Below, one piece after another: positions 40,653 to 49,859 of a stretch of DNA of 64,000 nucleotides. The stretch lies in sequence record NZ_CP015380.1. One strand, written 5' to 3'. Below the pieces are notes generated by a model. It did not search any database. It saw only the letters and a list, made by a program, of their open reading frames with translations, and had not been told where the DNA came from. Both the position numbers and the translations under genes were made by a program. Each line of letters opens with the position of its first letter. Position 1 is the stretch's first letter. This DNA comes from a plasmid.

Positions 40653-40987
40653 ATACTTTTTAAAATAAAGCTTAATAACATCATTACAGTGATGATTGAC
40701 CGGAGTAACTGCTCACCGCCGTTTATAGCGCTGAGTGGTTATTGTCCGTGAGTGCCACTACATGACAGTACGGAATTTAGTTTCAGGTATACTTCAGATG
40801 GGGACTCTTACAAGACGTACGGCGGAATTTTTAAAATATCTAGTTATTCTGCTTGAAACGTGAATTCTTGTGCTAAGTGCTCTTGTAGTGGCACAGTAAA
40901 TTTGGGAACCTGAGTAAAGGTGATATTCTTACCTCAACATAAAACAGATGATTTAATGAACAAGAAAACTAAGCGTACTATTGTCAT

Positions 40988-41328
40988 TCCCGTTTTTGCA
41001 ACACCGAATATGACGATAAGTTGGCTTGCTTGAATCTATCCGGCGTCTGAATGAGATTTAATTCCCACGCTTCGATGAATTCCACGCCTGATAAACCTCC
41101 AGAAAAAGAACCGCCACAGACTTCCATTGCGATGGTTATAGCGGAACATACCACCAAAATTCGATTAACTTTGGCCGGGTAAATTTTTTACGGTAAATAG
41201 CCTTTCCACGACGGTCTTGGCAATGAATCCGGATCCATACCAATGAGCGCAATGTTTTCCATGATAGTTCTCCGAATGAAAGCCTGTCCTCAGCATAGTA
41301 CTGGGAAGGAGGGAGTGACCATCTCATT
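40988..41328 (-). mobile_element. IS110-family remnant, copy 2 (internally deleted: ends only)
   Basis: The end cccgtttttgcaacaccga...gttggcttgcttgaatctatccggcgtctgaatg matches 18123..18200. The segment with the transposase start MENIALIG matches 19200..19330. Confidence 0.5.
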
Positions 41329-41779
41329 AGTATTAATAAACATCGCAAGCCATCTAACCGCATGCGGCTTTGCTGTTTTACTTTGCTATTTGTGAAGGCC
41401 AGAATTTCTTCCAGACAAAAGTATTTCACCTCACGACGGAGTTGTCTCCCGTCTAGCGGCTCATTTAAAACTTCAGTATGATTTTTGGGCTGAGTACACA
41501 TCAAGAGAGGTCACACGCTGGGAGCATCTGGCTGAACTCTACCGCTGTCCGGAATGATCTCCCTTTAACTGGGGGCAGCAAAAAAACTGTATTCGCCACC
41601 TGTATCCCCACGCCATGCGGATAGACAGATTTTTTTACTCGCGGAGGAAATGCTCCCCTGGCTCCACAATAGTAAGGTTATTTTTCCCTCTATTGAGGTG
41701 ATTGAACGAACCCTAGCTGAAGCAACAACGCTTGCCGACAGGGCTGTTTTTTCAGCGCTGACCGCGCAGGGCAGCGGCA

Positions 41780-42186
41780 CCGGACCGTCTGCAGGTATCT
41801 GAGGTGGAACAACCTTCACGGGTGGTTTGACTGCTTCATCCTAGGGGAAAATAAACGGTAAAAATGTTCTGCAACATATCGACCGGCTAAATACGATAGA
41901 GTCGCTGGCACTACCTGACGGTATTGCGCTTTCCGTGCACCAGAATCGGCTCCTGAAACTCGCACGCGAAGGCAGGAAAATGAGTCGTCGGGATCTGGCA
42001 AAATTCACGAATGTTCGCCGTTATGCCTCACTGGTTTGTATCATATTTGAAGCCAGAGCCACATTGACTGACGAAGTTATTGATCTACACGAGCATATTC
42101 TGGGCAGTCTGTTCAGCAGGGCAAAACGCACTCAGGCCGAACGACTCCAGCAAAATGGAAAGCTGATTCAGAGCAAACTGAAATAA
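41780..42186 (+). pseudogene. tnpA: Tn3-family transposase TnpA, N-terminal fragment
   Basis: ...GKINGKNVLQHIDRLNTIESLALPDGIALSVHQNRLLKLAREGRKMSRRDLAKF..RRYASLV..ATLTDEVIDLHEHILGSLFSRAKR matches the conserved TnpA N-terminal (DUF4158) region. It is interrupted upstream and truncated at 42186. Confidence 0.6.
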
Positions 42187-42299
42187 TACGTTACCGTCGG
42201 GCAGGCAATAGGGCTCTGTCGCATTACCGTAGGCAAGTCAGCAAAAGTTACGCTGCCTTTTTTATGCAGCCAACAGATCAAATTGTTCCGCGGGTGATA

Positions 42300-43033
42300 A
42301 ACTCCCTCCAGTGGAATATTGACGATGCTTTTTGCGTATCATGTGGACTAACTCAATGCCCGCTAATATCGTCTGTGCTCGACGAAATGATTTGAATTCC
42401 AACATTGATCGGATTCGACATTTTATATTCGGTGATCCTGTTCAACCAGATTATTCAGGTATTTGCTCTGCCTGACGGTAATCATCCCTTTCGCCGGTGT
42501 ACCGATATTGAGTATGGCCCGTGCTGCCGTGCTGGCACCACTTTTATCAATATTCACCACCTCCGACTCGCCGTGATGACGAATGGCGTTGCGAAAGAAG
42601 CACAGCGCCGCTGCAGCATCCCGTTTGGCGGTCAGATAGTCTAACCTGCAGTATCTACCGTACGGTAGAGATATTTCCTTTGCCTTTTAACTTTCGTCCA
42701 TTCGCCATCGACGCCAACTGAACGTTTATATCGGTGAAATGCCTTATCCTGCAAGGGCACCAGACGGATAATCCATCGGTGAAGCGTAGCGTGGTCAACA
42801 ATAATGCCACGATCTGCCATCATCTCCTCAAGATTACGCAGGCTGAGGGCATAAGCGAGATGCCAGCGAACGCACTGAGCGATAGCATCAGTGGGGTAAT
42901 GCAAGCGACAGAAGGCTTTTCGGATGAGAGGCATGAGCTGGCAACATCGTAAAAAAAACAGAATGTTACCTGATTCCTCCTTAATGCGACATAGACTGCA
43001 ATAGCAAACAGGTTTTACCTCCTCAATAATCAT
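42300..43033 (-). pseudogene. IS6-family (IS26-like) transposase, disrupted
   Basis: ORF 42641..43033 (...FCRLHYPTDAIAQCVRWHLAYALSLRNLEEMMADRGIIVDHATLHRWIIR...GEWTKVKRQRKYLYRTVDTAG) parallels the IS26 Tnp N-terminal half. The C-terminal half is out of frame or missing. Confidence 0.6.
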
Positions 43034-43274
43034 TCGATTTTCTAAACAAAAATCAGGCTGATATTATTATTTTAGTTATTGTAAGTTATTTAATAATATG
43101 TAAGAAGGGCATAATTACCTATTTCTAATAGAAGGGTAAAAAAACAATATGAATATAAGCATAAGCCTTACACATGTCCCCTAGCGCCTACAAAAAAAAA
43201 GACATATACGACATATCTTCCCTCTTTCATTTGTGTATATTATTTAATTAAATGTTACCAATTGAAAGGAGTTT

Positions 43275-43658
43275 GTGATGTTGATGATATTTGCAAAAAA
43301 AATTCTACCAATCATTGGTATATCTTCAATGTTAATGCTTGCTGCTAATGTGACTGAAATAAAACATGCATATCAAAACCATAGTACAGGTTACGACTTG
43401 TTTAATTATTCAGGTTATAAATATAGTTACCCATCATATAGGTATGCCGGTTATAAATATACTTCTTCATCATATAAGTTAGATAATGCGTTATCTGATA
43501 AACTAATGGAGCATCACATTGATCAACTTCATGGTAATTGTAATGAAGACTATAATTGCACTGCTGATGTAGGTAATTTACATACTGTAAAAAAAAACGG
43601 TGCTATAACTAGGTCGTTTAAAAAGGAATTAAAATATATATATAAGTATATTAAGTAA
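43275..43658 (+). CDS. small Tyr-rich secreted protein
   Basis: Signal-peptide-like N-terminus, then SGYKYSYPSYRYAGYKYTSSSYK repeats and four Cys in the C-terminal half. AT-rich. Confidence 0.4.
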   Translation: MMLMIFAKKILPIIGISSMLMLAANVTEIKHAYQNHSTGYDLFNYSGYKYSYPSYRYAGYKYTSSSYKLDNALSDKLMEHHIDQLHGNCNEDYNCTADVGNLHTVKKNGAITRSFKKELKYIYKYIK

Positions 43659-44434
43659 ATACCTAGGAGGAATATTGATATTTTTATCTAAGGATACATT
43701 ATTCATTATAACCTATTAATTTTTTCAATAGCATTGGGTATATAAAAATAAAACATTAAGTAGAAGTACGGCAGCACGGCAATCCCCGTCAGCTCACCAA
43801 ATAGGTCCGATGCTTACCAACGCTGGCGATCATTACCGTCACCTTAATCGCGGCTAAGAATAGACCTTTTCTTGGAATGCCGTCTGTCTTTATTCATTTC
43901 ACCGTAAACTTTCGGGAAGTTGCCATCGTGTGCGGCGCGAGCTCCTGCCTGACCATCCATGAACCTCAAGGCGAATGCGATAAATGCAGATACTACTGGC
44001 CCTGCCCAGCTACCTATCATCGTGGAAGAACTGCTCGCAAACGGTGCGTCTGATGCCGCCATCTGTGAGGCTGGGTATATAAGATATAAAACCTAACATC
44101 CATAATATTAGTTTGACTAATTAAAATTAATATTGGTTAGCATCTTTTAAATTGTAGGGGTTAAAGATTAGTTGTGAATTCCATAAACTACACTTGAGGG
44201 TTTTTACTTCTCCTCATCATAATTAACTTATAAATTCCATTCTAAAACCTATGAATTATAAAATGATAATTAGAATAATTATCACCTCCTACATCAGTAG
44301 GAGGCGCCCTTCACAAGAAAGGGTTTGTGACTATTTTAATCAAACTATTAATAGTTTATATTGCTTGCTATATGAGTATACTCTTTCATTTAATTATTCT
44401 TGATGTACACATCTAGCTAAATGAGGATGTAATC

Positions 44435-45049
44435 TTGAAAGTAATTGTTGTTGATGACCACCCTTTTGCAAGAGTAGCTATACGCACGTTGCTCGAAAAT
44501 GCAGGTTTCACTATTACCCATGAAATTGACGATGGTGCAAAAGCATTAAAGTTAATTAATCGATACAAACCAGATATTGTTATTTTAGATGTTGACATCC
44601 CTACAATCAGTGGAATTGAAGTTGTTGATAGACTAAGGTGTAATTTGTTTGCAGGAATTATTATCGTTGTCTCTGCCAAAAATGAACTCTTTTATGGTAA
44701 GCAAAGTGCAGATAGTGGTGCAAATGGCTTCGTTGGAAAAAAGGAAGGGGTTAAGCATATTCTTTCCGCAATAAGCGCAGCCCAAAATGGTTATAGTTAC
44801 TTTCCATTTGCATCAACTAAATTCATTGGAAGCCAACCATCTGATCAAGATAAACTAGAACAACTTTCAGCTCAAGAAGTAAGGGTTATGAGATATTTAT
44901 TAAATGGTTTAGACATGATGACAATAGCATCTAAAATGTGCATTAGTAACAAGACCGTCAGTACTTATAAAGGCCGATTAATGGAAAAATTGGAGTGTAA
45001 ATCATTAATGGAACTTTACTCATTCGGAAATAGAAATAATATAATCTAA
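44435..45049 (+). CDS. EvgA/BvgA-type response regulator (NarL/FixJ family), orphan with no adjacent kinase
   Basis: Colinear with E. coli EvgA as recalled from memory (VVDDHPFARVAIRTLL...KPDIVILDVDIPTISGIEVV...IIIVVSAKNE.FYGK..ADSGANGFV.KKEG...ISNKTVSTYKGRLMEKLECKSLMELY). Confidence 0.8.
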   Translation: MKVIVVDDHPFARVAIRTLLENAGFTITHEIDDGAKALKLINRYKPDIVILDVDIPTISGIEVVDRLRCNLFAGIIIVVSAKNELFYGKQSADSGANGFVGKKEGVKHILSAISAAQNGYSYFPFASTKFIGSQPSDQDKLEQLSAQEVRVMRYLLNGLDMMTIASKMCISNKTVSTYKGRLMEKLECKSLMELYSFGNRNNII

Positions 45050-45391
45050 TTCGTTTTTTTTAAAAAAAGAGCTTATCAATATTTTTTATATATAATCTGT
45101 ATTGAAATAAGATACTGATATTAACTTTATTAATTTAGCTATTTGAGAGTTATTAACTCTGGGTATAGATACTTTGTTTAACATCAGTATATCAACAATT
45201 CCAAAACAAAACGCTTTAATATAGGAAGGAATCTTGAAATGTCGATATAATTTCAACGGCTTAAACAGCTAACCTTTGTGTTATCTTAATTCATTATATG
45301 GCTTTGGCGACTTGATACCCCCCAGGATCCATATCAAGTCGCAATTTTTTTAGTTCTCTGGACAGTTGAGCTACACCAAGAGCCGCCGACG

Positions 45392-45592
45392 ATGATCGTT
45401 ATAATCACAATATATTTGAGAGTACAGCATCTTATTGAGGTGCTCACTTCCATAGTCGCCTGCGCCAGTCTTGATAAGAGGCTCGAGGCCAGGCGAGGAT
45501 TTCTAAAAACCACCGTAGCTTTGGCGAATAAGCTGACTGAACCGTACCGGGTTTCTTGGAGAATTTTTAGTCCGGGAACTCAGGCTGCCTGA
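45392..45592 (+). pseudogene. IS110-family transposase C-terminal fragment
   Basis: The tail ...TTVALANKLTEPYRVSW resembles IS110-family C-termini (compare ...ALANKLARIA at 18385). A weak call. Confidence 0.3.
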
Positions 45593-45595
45593 TCT

Positions 45596-45916
45596 TTATC
45601 CATCAGGGAAGCATAACGTTTGCTCTGCTTCAACTGGTGCTACATAGCCGATGCGTTCCAGCAATCGGCGGTTATTGAAACAGTCTACCCAGCCCAACGT
45701 CGCCAACTCCACATCCTGCCTGTCTTTCCAGCTCACCTCCACTTTGTATAACCCGTTGATACTTTCTGCCAACGCGTTGTCATACGAGTCACCTACGGTA
45801 CCTACTGATGCCATCGCTTCAGCCTTTTTCAATCGTTGCGTATACGCCAGAGAGACGTATTGGGAGCCACGATCACTATGATGGATGATGCCACCATCAG
45901 GTCTTCTGGCCCACAA
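45596..45916 (-). pseudogene. IS3-family OrfB (integrase core) fragment
   Basis: HSDRGSQYVSLAYTQRLKKAEAMASVGTVGDSYDNALAESINGLYKVE is the DDE-motif C-terminal region of IS3-family transposases. There is no N-terminal part. Confidence 0.6.
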
Positions 45917-46518
45917 CGCCTATTCCAGCGCGTCCAGAACCAACGAGGTTTCCAGGTTAGTAATTGAATTTATATATTGCAAAATCACGTCGCTATTTAA
46001 TAAAAAAGAGTGACGAACTGTAGTGCGATATAGCCGTGGCAGTATATTCATTGTCACTAATTTTCTGAATAATTGAATAAAACATCAATAACCAATAGGC
46101 CGCCTTTAAATATTTTACATTTATCACCAAATAGAAAAATCTATAAATAACTTAAATAGACACACTAATCAACTGAATGTTGATATTAAAAATAACGGCA
46201 CCACAATATCAATAGTAAATATAAAGTGTGAAAAAATTTGGCTACAAAAAATAAAACGTATTTACACATCATGGATTCAAACATTTCTTGATAGCAGAAT
46301 CATATAGGTGAGTGGTTTTTAATCATAGAGGTTTAAATTTAAAATAAAGAAAAAATATTATAGTTCAAGATAAACAAAAGCACCCTGACATTATTACCCT
46401 CCAAGTGTAAGCTCATTCTGAAAATGATGTGAAGGGGTTGTTTTATATTAGTGTATTAGCCTAATATATTCTGGTCAGTTAGGCTTTTATGTAAACCACA
46501 GGAAGATAGAGTACATTA

Positions 46519-46596
46519 TCCGCCACTAGCTCAGCAGGAAGAGCCAATGGCCTTATAAGGTATGGGTGCGGGGTTCGAGACCTCGGTGGCGGTCCA
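46519..46596 (+). other. tRNA-like sequence (tRNA pseudogene or att-site remnant?)
   Basis: The acceptor stem ccgccac/gtggcgg, D-arm gctc-agcaggaa-gagc, T-arm cgggg-ttcgaga-cctcg and 3' tCCA can all be drawn. No regular anticodon stem can be formed: the region reads caatggccttataaggtatgggtg. Confidence 0.3.
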
Positions 46597-46973
46597 AATT
46601 TCACATGTTTTTTCATACATTCGAAGAATACATATGAATATGCGAGAATACACAATCTCTTAAATCATAGGCATTTAGTTGCATCATATCTCAGAGAGAA
46701 TGGTGGTCAATAAATTATGGCGTATACGCAGTAGCGCGCGGGTAAGGCTGGCGAAATGTCTATGCCACCCGGTATCAGGTTGGCCTGCGCTTAAGTGGTG
46801 ATACCACTGGGATAAATTATCGAGCACCATATCTCTTTTATAGCTTGTGCTGTCGAAGAGCAGGCACGTCAGACGTTCGGAGATAAACGCAGAAGGATAA
46901 GTTATAAATCAATGCTACTCATGAAATTTAATTTTTCGTGTGTTAAAAATAAATATATTAAGGAGCGGCGCGT

Positions 46974-47492
46974 ATGGGATTCTTAAATAGATTATTCTTG
47001 AGAACCAATGAAAAAGACCGGCATTATGTAGTCGCTTTTTTTATTGGTATCATCTCAGGGGTTATTTCTGCATTTGTTAAAACAGGTACAGAGGGGATCC
47101 TTCCCCCTCGAACTCCCGATAGAGCATCACCACCAGTACAATTATTAACCGACTTGGATGTGAACTGGCATACTCTAGTTTATAATTATTCAGCACAACC
47201 TGTATACTGGGGCGGAAATTTCGTACACATCGTTTTTTCGGTGCTTGCAGCTATATTTTATTGTATTGTTGCAGAGATTTTCCCTCGGATAACAATGGTA
47301 CAAGGGATTGTTTTTGGCCTTGTTTTTGCGTTTATTTGCCACGCTGTCATGCTGCCACTACTGAGTTTATCACCATCTTTGCAATACTTACCTGCAGATG
47401 AAATTATTTCAGAGATAATCGGTACAAGCCTTTGGATTTGGTCTATTGAATTATTGCGGATTGCTATGAGAACTAAATTGATTAAGCGATAG
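46974..47492 (+). CDS. DUF1440/YagU-family inner membrane protein
   Basis: IGIISGVISAFVKTGTEGILPPRTP...IFPRITMVQGIVFGLVFAFICHAVMLPLL...IGTSLWIWSIELLR parallels E. coli YagU blocks. Confidence 0.6.
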   Translation: MGFLNRLFLRTNEKDRHYVVAFFIGIISGVISAFVKTGTEGILPPRTPDRASPPVQLLTDLDVNWHTLVYNYSAQPVYWGGNFVHIVFSVLAAIFYCIVAEIFPRITMVQGIVFGLVFAFICHAVMLPLLSLSPSLQYLPADEIISEIIGTSLWIWSIELLRIAMRTKLIKR

Positions 47493-47713
47493 GTCATACC
47501 TGTATTTATAAAGGCTATATATGTATAGCCTTTACTTTTAATTCTATTTAATCATTAATAATAAGTCGATAATCTTAATGTTGACTATAAGAAGTAGGAT
47601 CGTACGACGAGACCGCCTTCTGATCTATACATTATTATTGTTTTTATCTTTATAATAATAGATTTTTATATTTTATTTGTACTTTTATATAACTAGTCAT
47701 AGATAAAAGAGAC

Positions 47714-48479
47714 GGTAATGCATCTAGTTAATTGAATTGAGATATAATGCCCGCTTTGAGGTTTTCTCATGGCCAGCGTTACTGTTCATTGTCCCCATTG
47801 TCAGTCTGCTCAGGTTTACCGTCATGGGTAGAATCCTACTAAAGGCCGTGACCGGTTTCGCTGTCGTGAGTGCCCCGTGTGTTTCTGCTCATCTATACTT
47901 ATGAAGCCCGCAAGCTCGGCGTCATAGGACAAATTACCTAAATGGTATTCAACGGTGTCGGCGTCCGGGATACTGCAAGGACGCTCAAAATCGGCATTAA
48001 TACCGTCATTCATACTTTAAAAAGCTCGCGCTGAAGCGAATAACATCCTCTCCGGTCGCTCATGCAGATGTGGCGCTTATCTGCAAACTCGATGAGCAAT
48101 GGAGCTTTGTCGGCAGTAAAGCCCGACAGCACTGGCTTTGGTACGCATACAACACCAGAACAAGTGGCATTCTGGCTTATACATTCGGGCCACGGACAGA
48201 TGATACCTGTCGTGAACTGCTGACCCTGCTCACTCCGTTTAATATCGGCATGATAACAAGCGATGACTGGGGAGGTTATGCCAGAGAAGTGCCGAAAGAG
48301 AAGCATCTGGCTGGCAAAATATTCACTCAGCGTATTGAGCGTAACAATCTGACGCTAAGAACCCGCATCAAGCGTTTGGCCTGAAAAACAATCTGCTTCT
48401 CACGCTCAATTGAACTACATGAAAAGGTCACCGGGGCCTTCATTGAAAAACACATATTCTACTAATTGAAATCATTACC
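47714..48479 (+). mobile_element. IS1-family element, copy B (766 bp), inverted relative to copy A
   Basis: Internal ORFs identical to copy A. Termini ggtaatgcatctagttaattg at 47714 and ctactaattgaaatcattacc at 48479. Confidence 0.8.
48070..48384 (+). CDS. insB: IS1 InsB-like, with premature stop relative to copy A
   Basis: Same protein as 22243..22638 but ends ...RTRIKRLA-stop. Here ggcctgaaaa replaces ggcccgaaaa of copy A, a CGA-to-TGA change. Confidence 0.6.
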   Translation: MALICKLDEQWSFVGSKARQHWLWYAYNTRTSGILAYTFGPRTDDTCRELLTLLTPFNIGMITSDDWGGYAREVPKEKHLAGKIFTQRIERNNLTLRTRIKRLA

Positions 48480-48535
48480 CTTTTGCTGACTTACCTACGG
48501 TAATGCGACAGAGTCGATGAACACATATCTTTATT

Positions 48536-49846
48536 TTAAAGAATATTTTTTATTTTATCTGAGAGTGTGCTTTTAGGTATTTTTAACGCTTCAGCAGTTT
48601 TAGTTAAACTTCCTCTTTGACGATTTATTTCAAGAATAATGAGACTGCGTTCAAAATGTTCAACCATTTGAATAAGTGAATTAGCACTTTCATCAAATGA
48701 AGTGTTATGCTCATCCTTGATCCCAAGCACAAACCGCTCGGCATAATTTCGTAGTTCACGAATATTCCCAGGCCACTGAGCTGCCATTAACTTATGAAGC
48801 AATACAGCCTTAATTTCAGGTGCAGGACGATCAAAACATGCTGATGCTTGAGAAACAAAAAGATTGAAAAGCAAAGGAATATCTTCAATTCTATCACGTA
48901 GTGCTGGTAAATGAAGATTAATAACACTCAACCGGAAATGAAGATCAGCACGAAAAAGGTTATTTTCGCTAAGTTCAACTAAATTAGTTTTACTTGCACT
49001 AATAATACGAATATCAATAGGTATAGTTTTATTTGAGCCTAACCTCTCAAAACGCCGCTCTTGCAAAACACGCAAAAATTTTACTTGCATACTGAAAGGC
49101 ATACTCTCTACCTCATCGAGAAATAGCGTCCCCTTATCTGCATATTCCAGCTTCCCAATCCGGGTTTCCGTTGCACCGAGAAATGCACCAACCTCATGAC
49201 CAAAAATTTCGCTATCAAACAATGATTCAGGTAGTCCGCCACAATTAAGTGCAACGAAGGGGCCTGATCTACCACTAAGGTCGTGTATACAGCGCGCCGC
49301 AAGTTCCTTACCGGATCCTGTTTCGCCATAAATCAAAATATTTGTCGGCGTCATCGCAATATCTTTTATTGTCTCACGAACCTCAGTGATAGCCGATGAA
49401 TTCCCAATAAGACGGCTCTCAAGTGCGCTTGCATCAGCAAGTTTACGACGTAATTGGTTGTTTTCATAGATGAGACGTCGCTTATCAAGCGCTCGGCGTA
49501 CTATATTCAGCAATTGTTGAGGAGTGAAAGGTTTTTGCAAAAAATCATATGCACCATTATGCATAGCTTCTACGGCAGTTTCTACATCACCATGACCAGT
49601 AATAATAATGATAGGAACATCAGGATTTATGGCGTTGAACTCTTTCTGGAATGTAAGTCCACTCATGCCAGGTAGTTTCATGTCCGTCACAATTATACCG
49701 TGCTGCTTCAGCTCAGGCAGTAAAAAACGTGCGTCTTCGACAGAGCCAACTCCAATAGCACGTTTATTATCTAATTTCAGCGCCTGAACGCAGCCATGTT
49801 GAATATCTTTATCATCTTCAATGATTAAGATGTCTATATCGTTCAT
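48536..49846 (-). CDS. sigma-54-dependent response regulator (NtrC/DctD family)
   Basis: Receiver domain (ILIIEDDKD...DMKLPGMSG). AAA+ sigma-54 activator domain (GETGSGKELAARCIH, GAFLGA, ESLFDSEIFGHE). C-terminal HTH. The probable start is MNDIDIL at 49846, with an RBS ggag 8 nt upstream. Confidence 0.8.
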   Translation of the reverse strand: MNDIDILIIEDDKDIQHGCVQALKLDNKRAIGVGSVEDARFLLPELKQHGIIVTDMKLPGMSGLTFQKEFNAINPDVPIIIITGHGDVETAVEAMHNGAYDFLQKPFTPQQLLNIVRRALDKRRLIYENNQLRRKLADASALESRLIGNSSAITEVRETIKDIAMTPTNILIYGETGSGKELAARCIHDLSGRSGPFVALNCGGLPESLFDSEIFGHEVGAFLGATETRIGKLEYADKGTLFLDEVESMPFSMQVKFLRVLQERRFERLGSNKTIPIDIRIISASKTNLVELSENNLFRADLHFRLSVINLHLPALRDRIEDIPLLFNLFVSQASACFDRPAPEIKAVLLHKLMAAQWPGNIRELRNYAERFVLGIKDEHNTSFDESANSLIQMVEHFERSLIILEINRQRGSLTKTAEALKIPKSTLSDKIKNIL

Positions 49847-49859
49847 AAATGTTCTCCAA

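Noticed and set aside
43844-44062. GC-rich 72-aa minus-strand ORF
   Set aside because: An isolated GC-rich patch between AT-rich DNA with no start context or motif. Possibly a fragment of a lost gene, for example near the Tn3/IS6 scars.
46519-46596. Intact tRNA gene
   Set aside because: The acceptor, D and T arms fit, but no anticodon stem-loop can be drawn. Kept only as a tRNA-like remnant.
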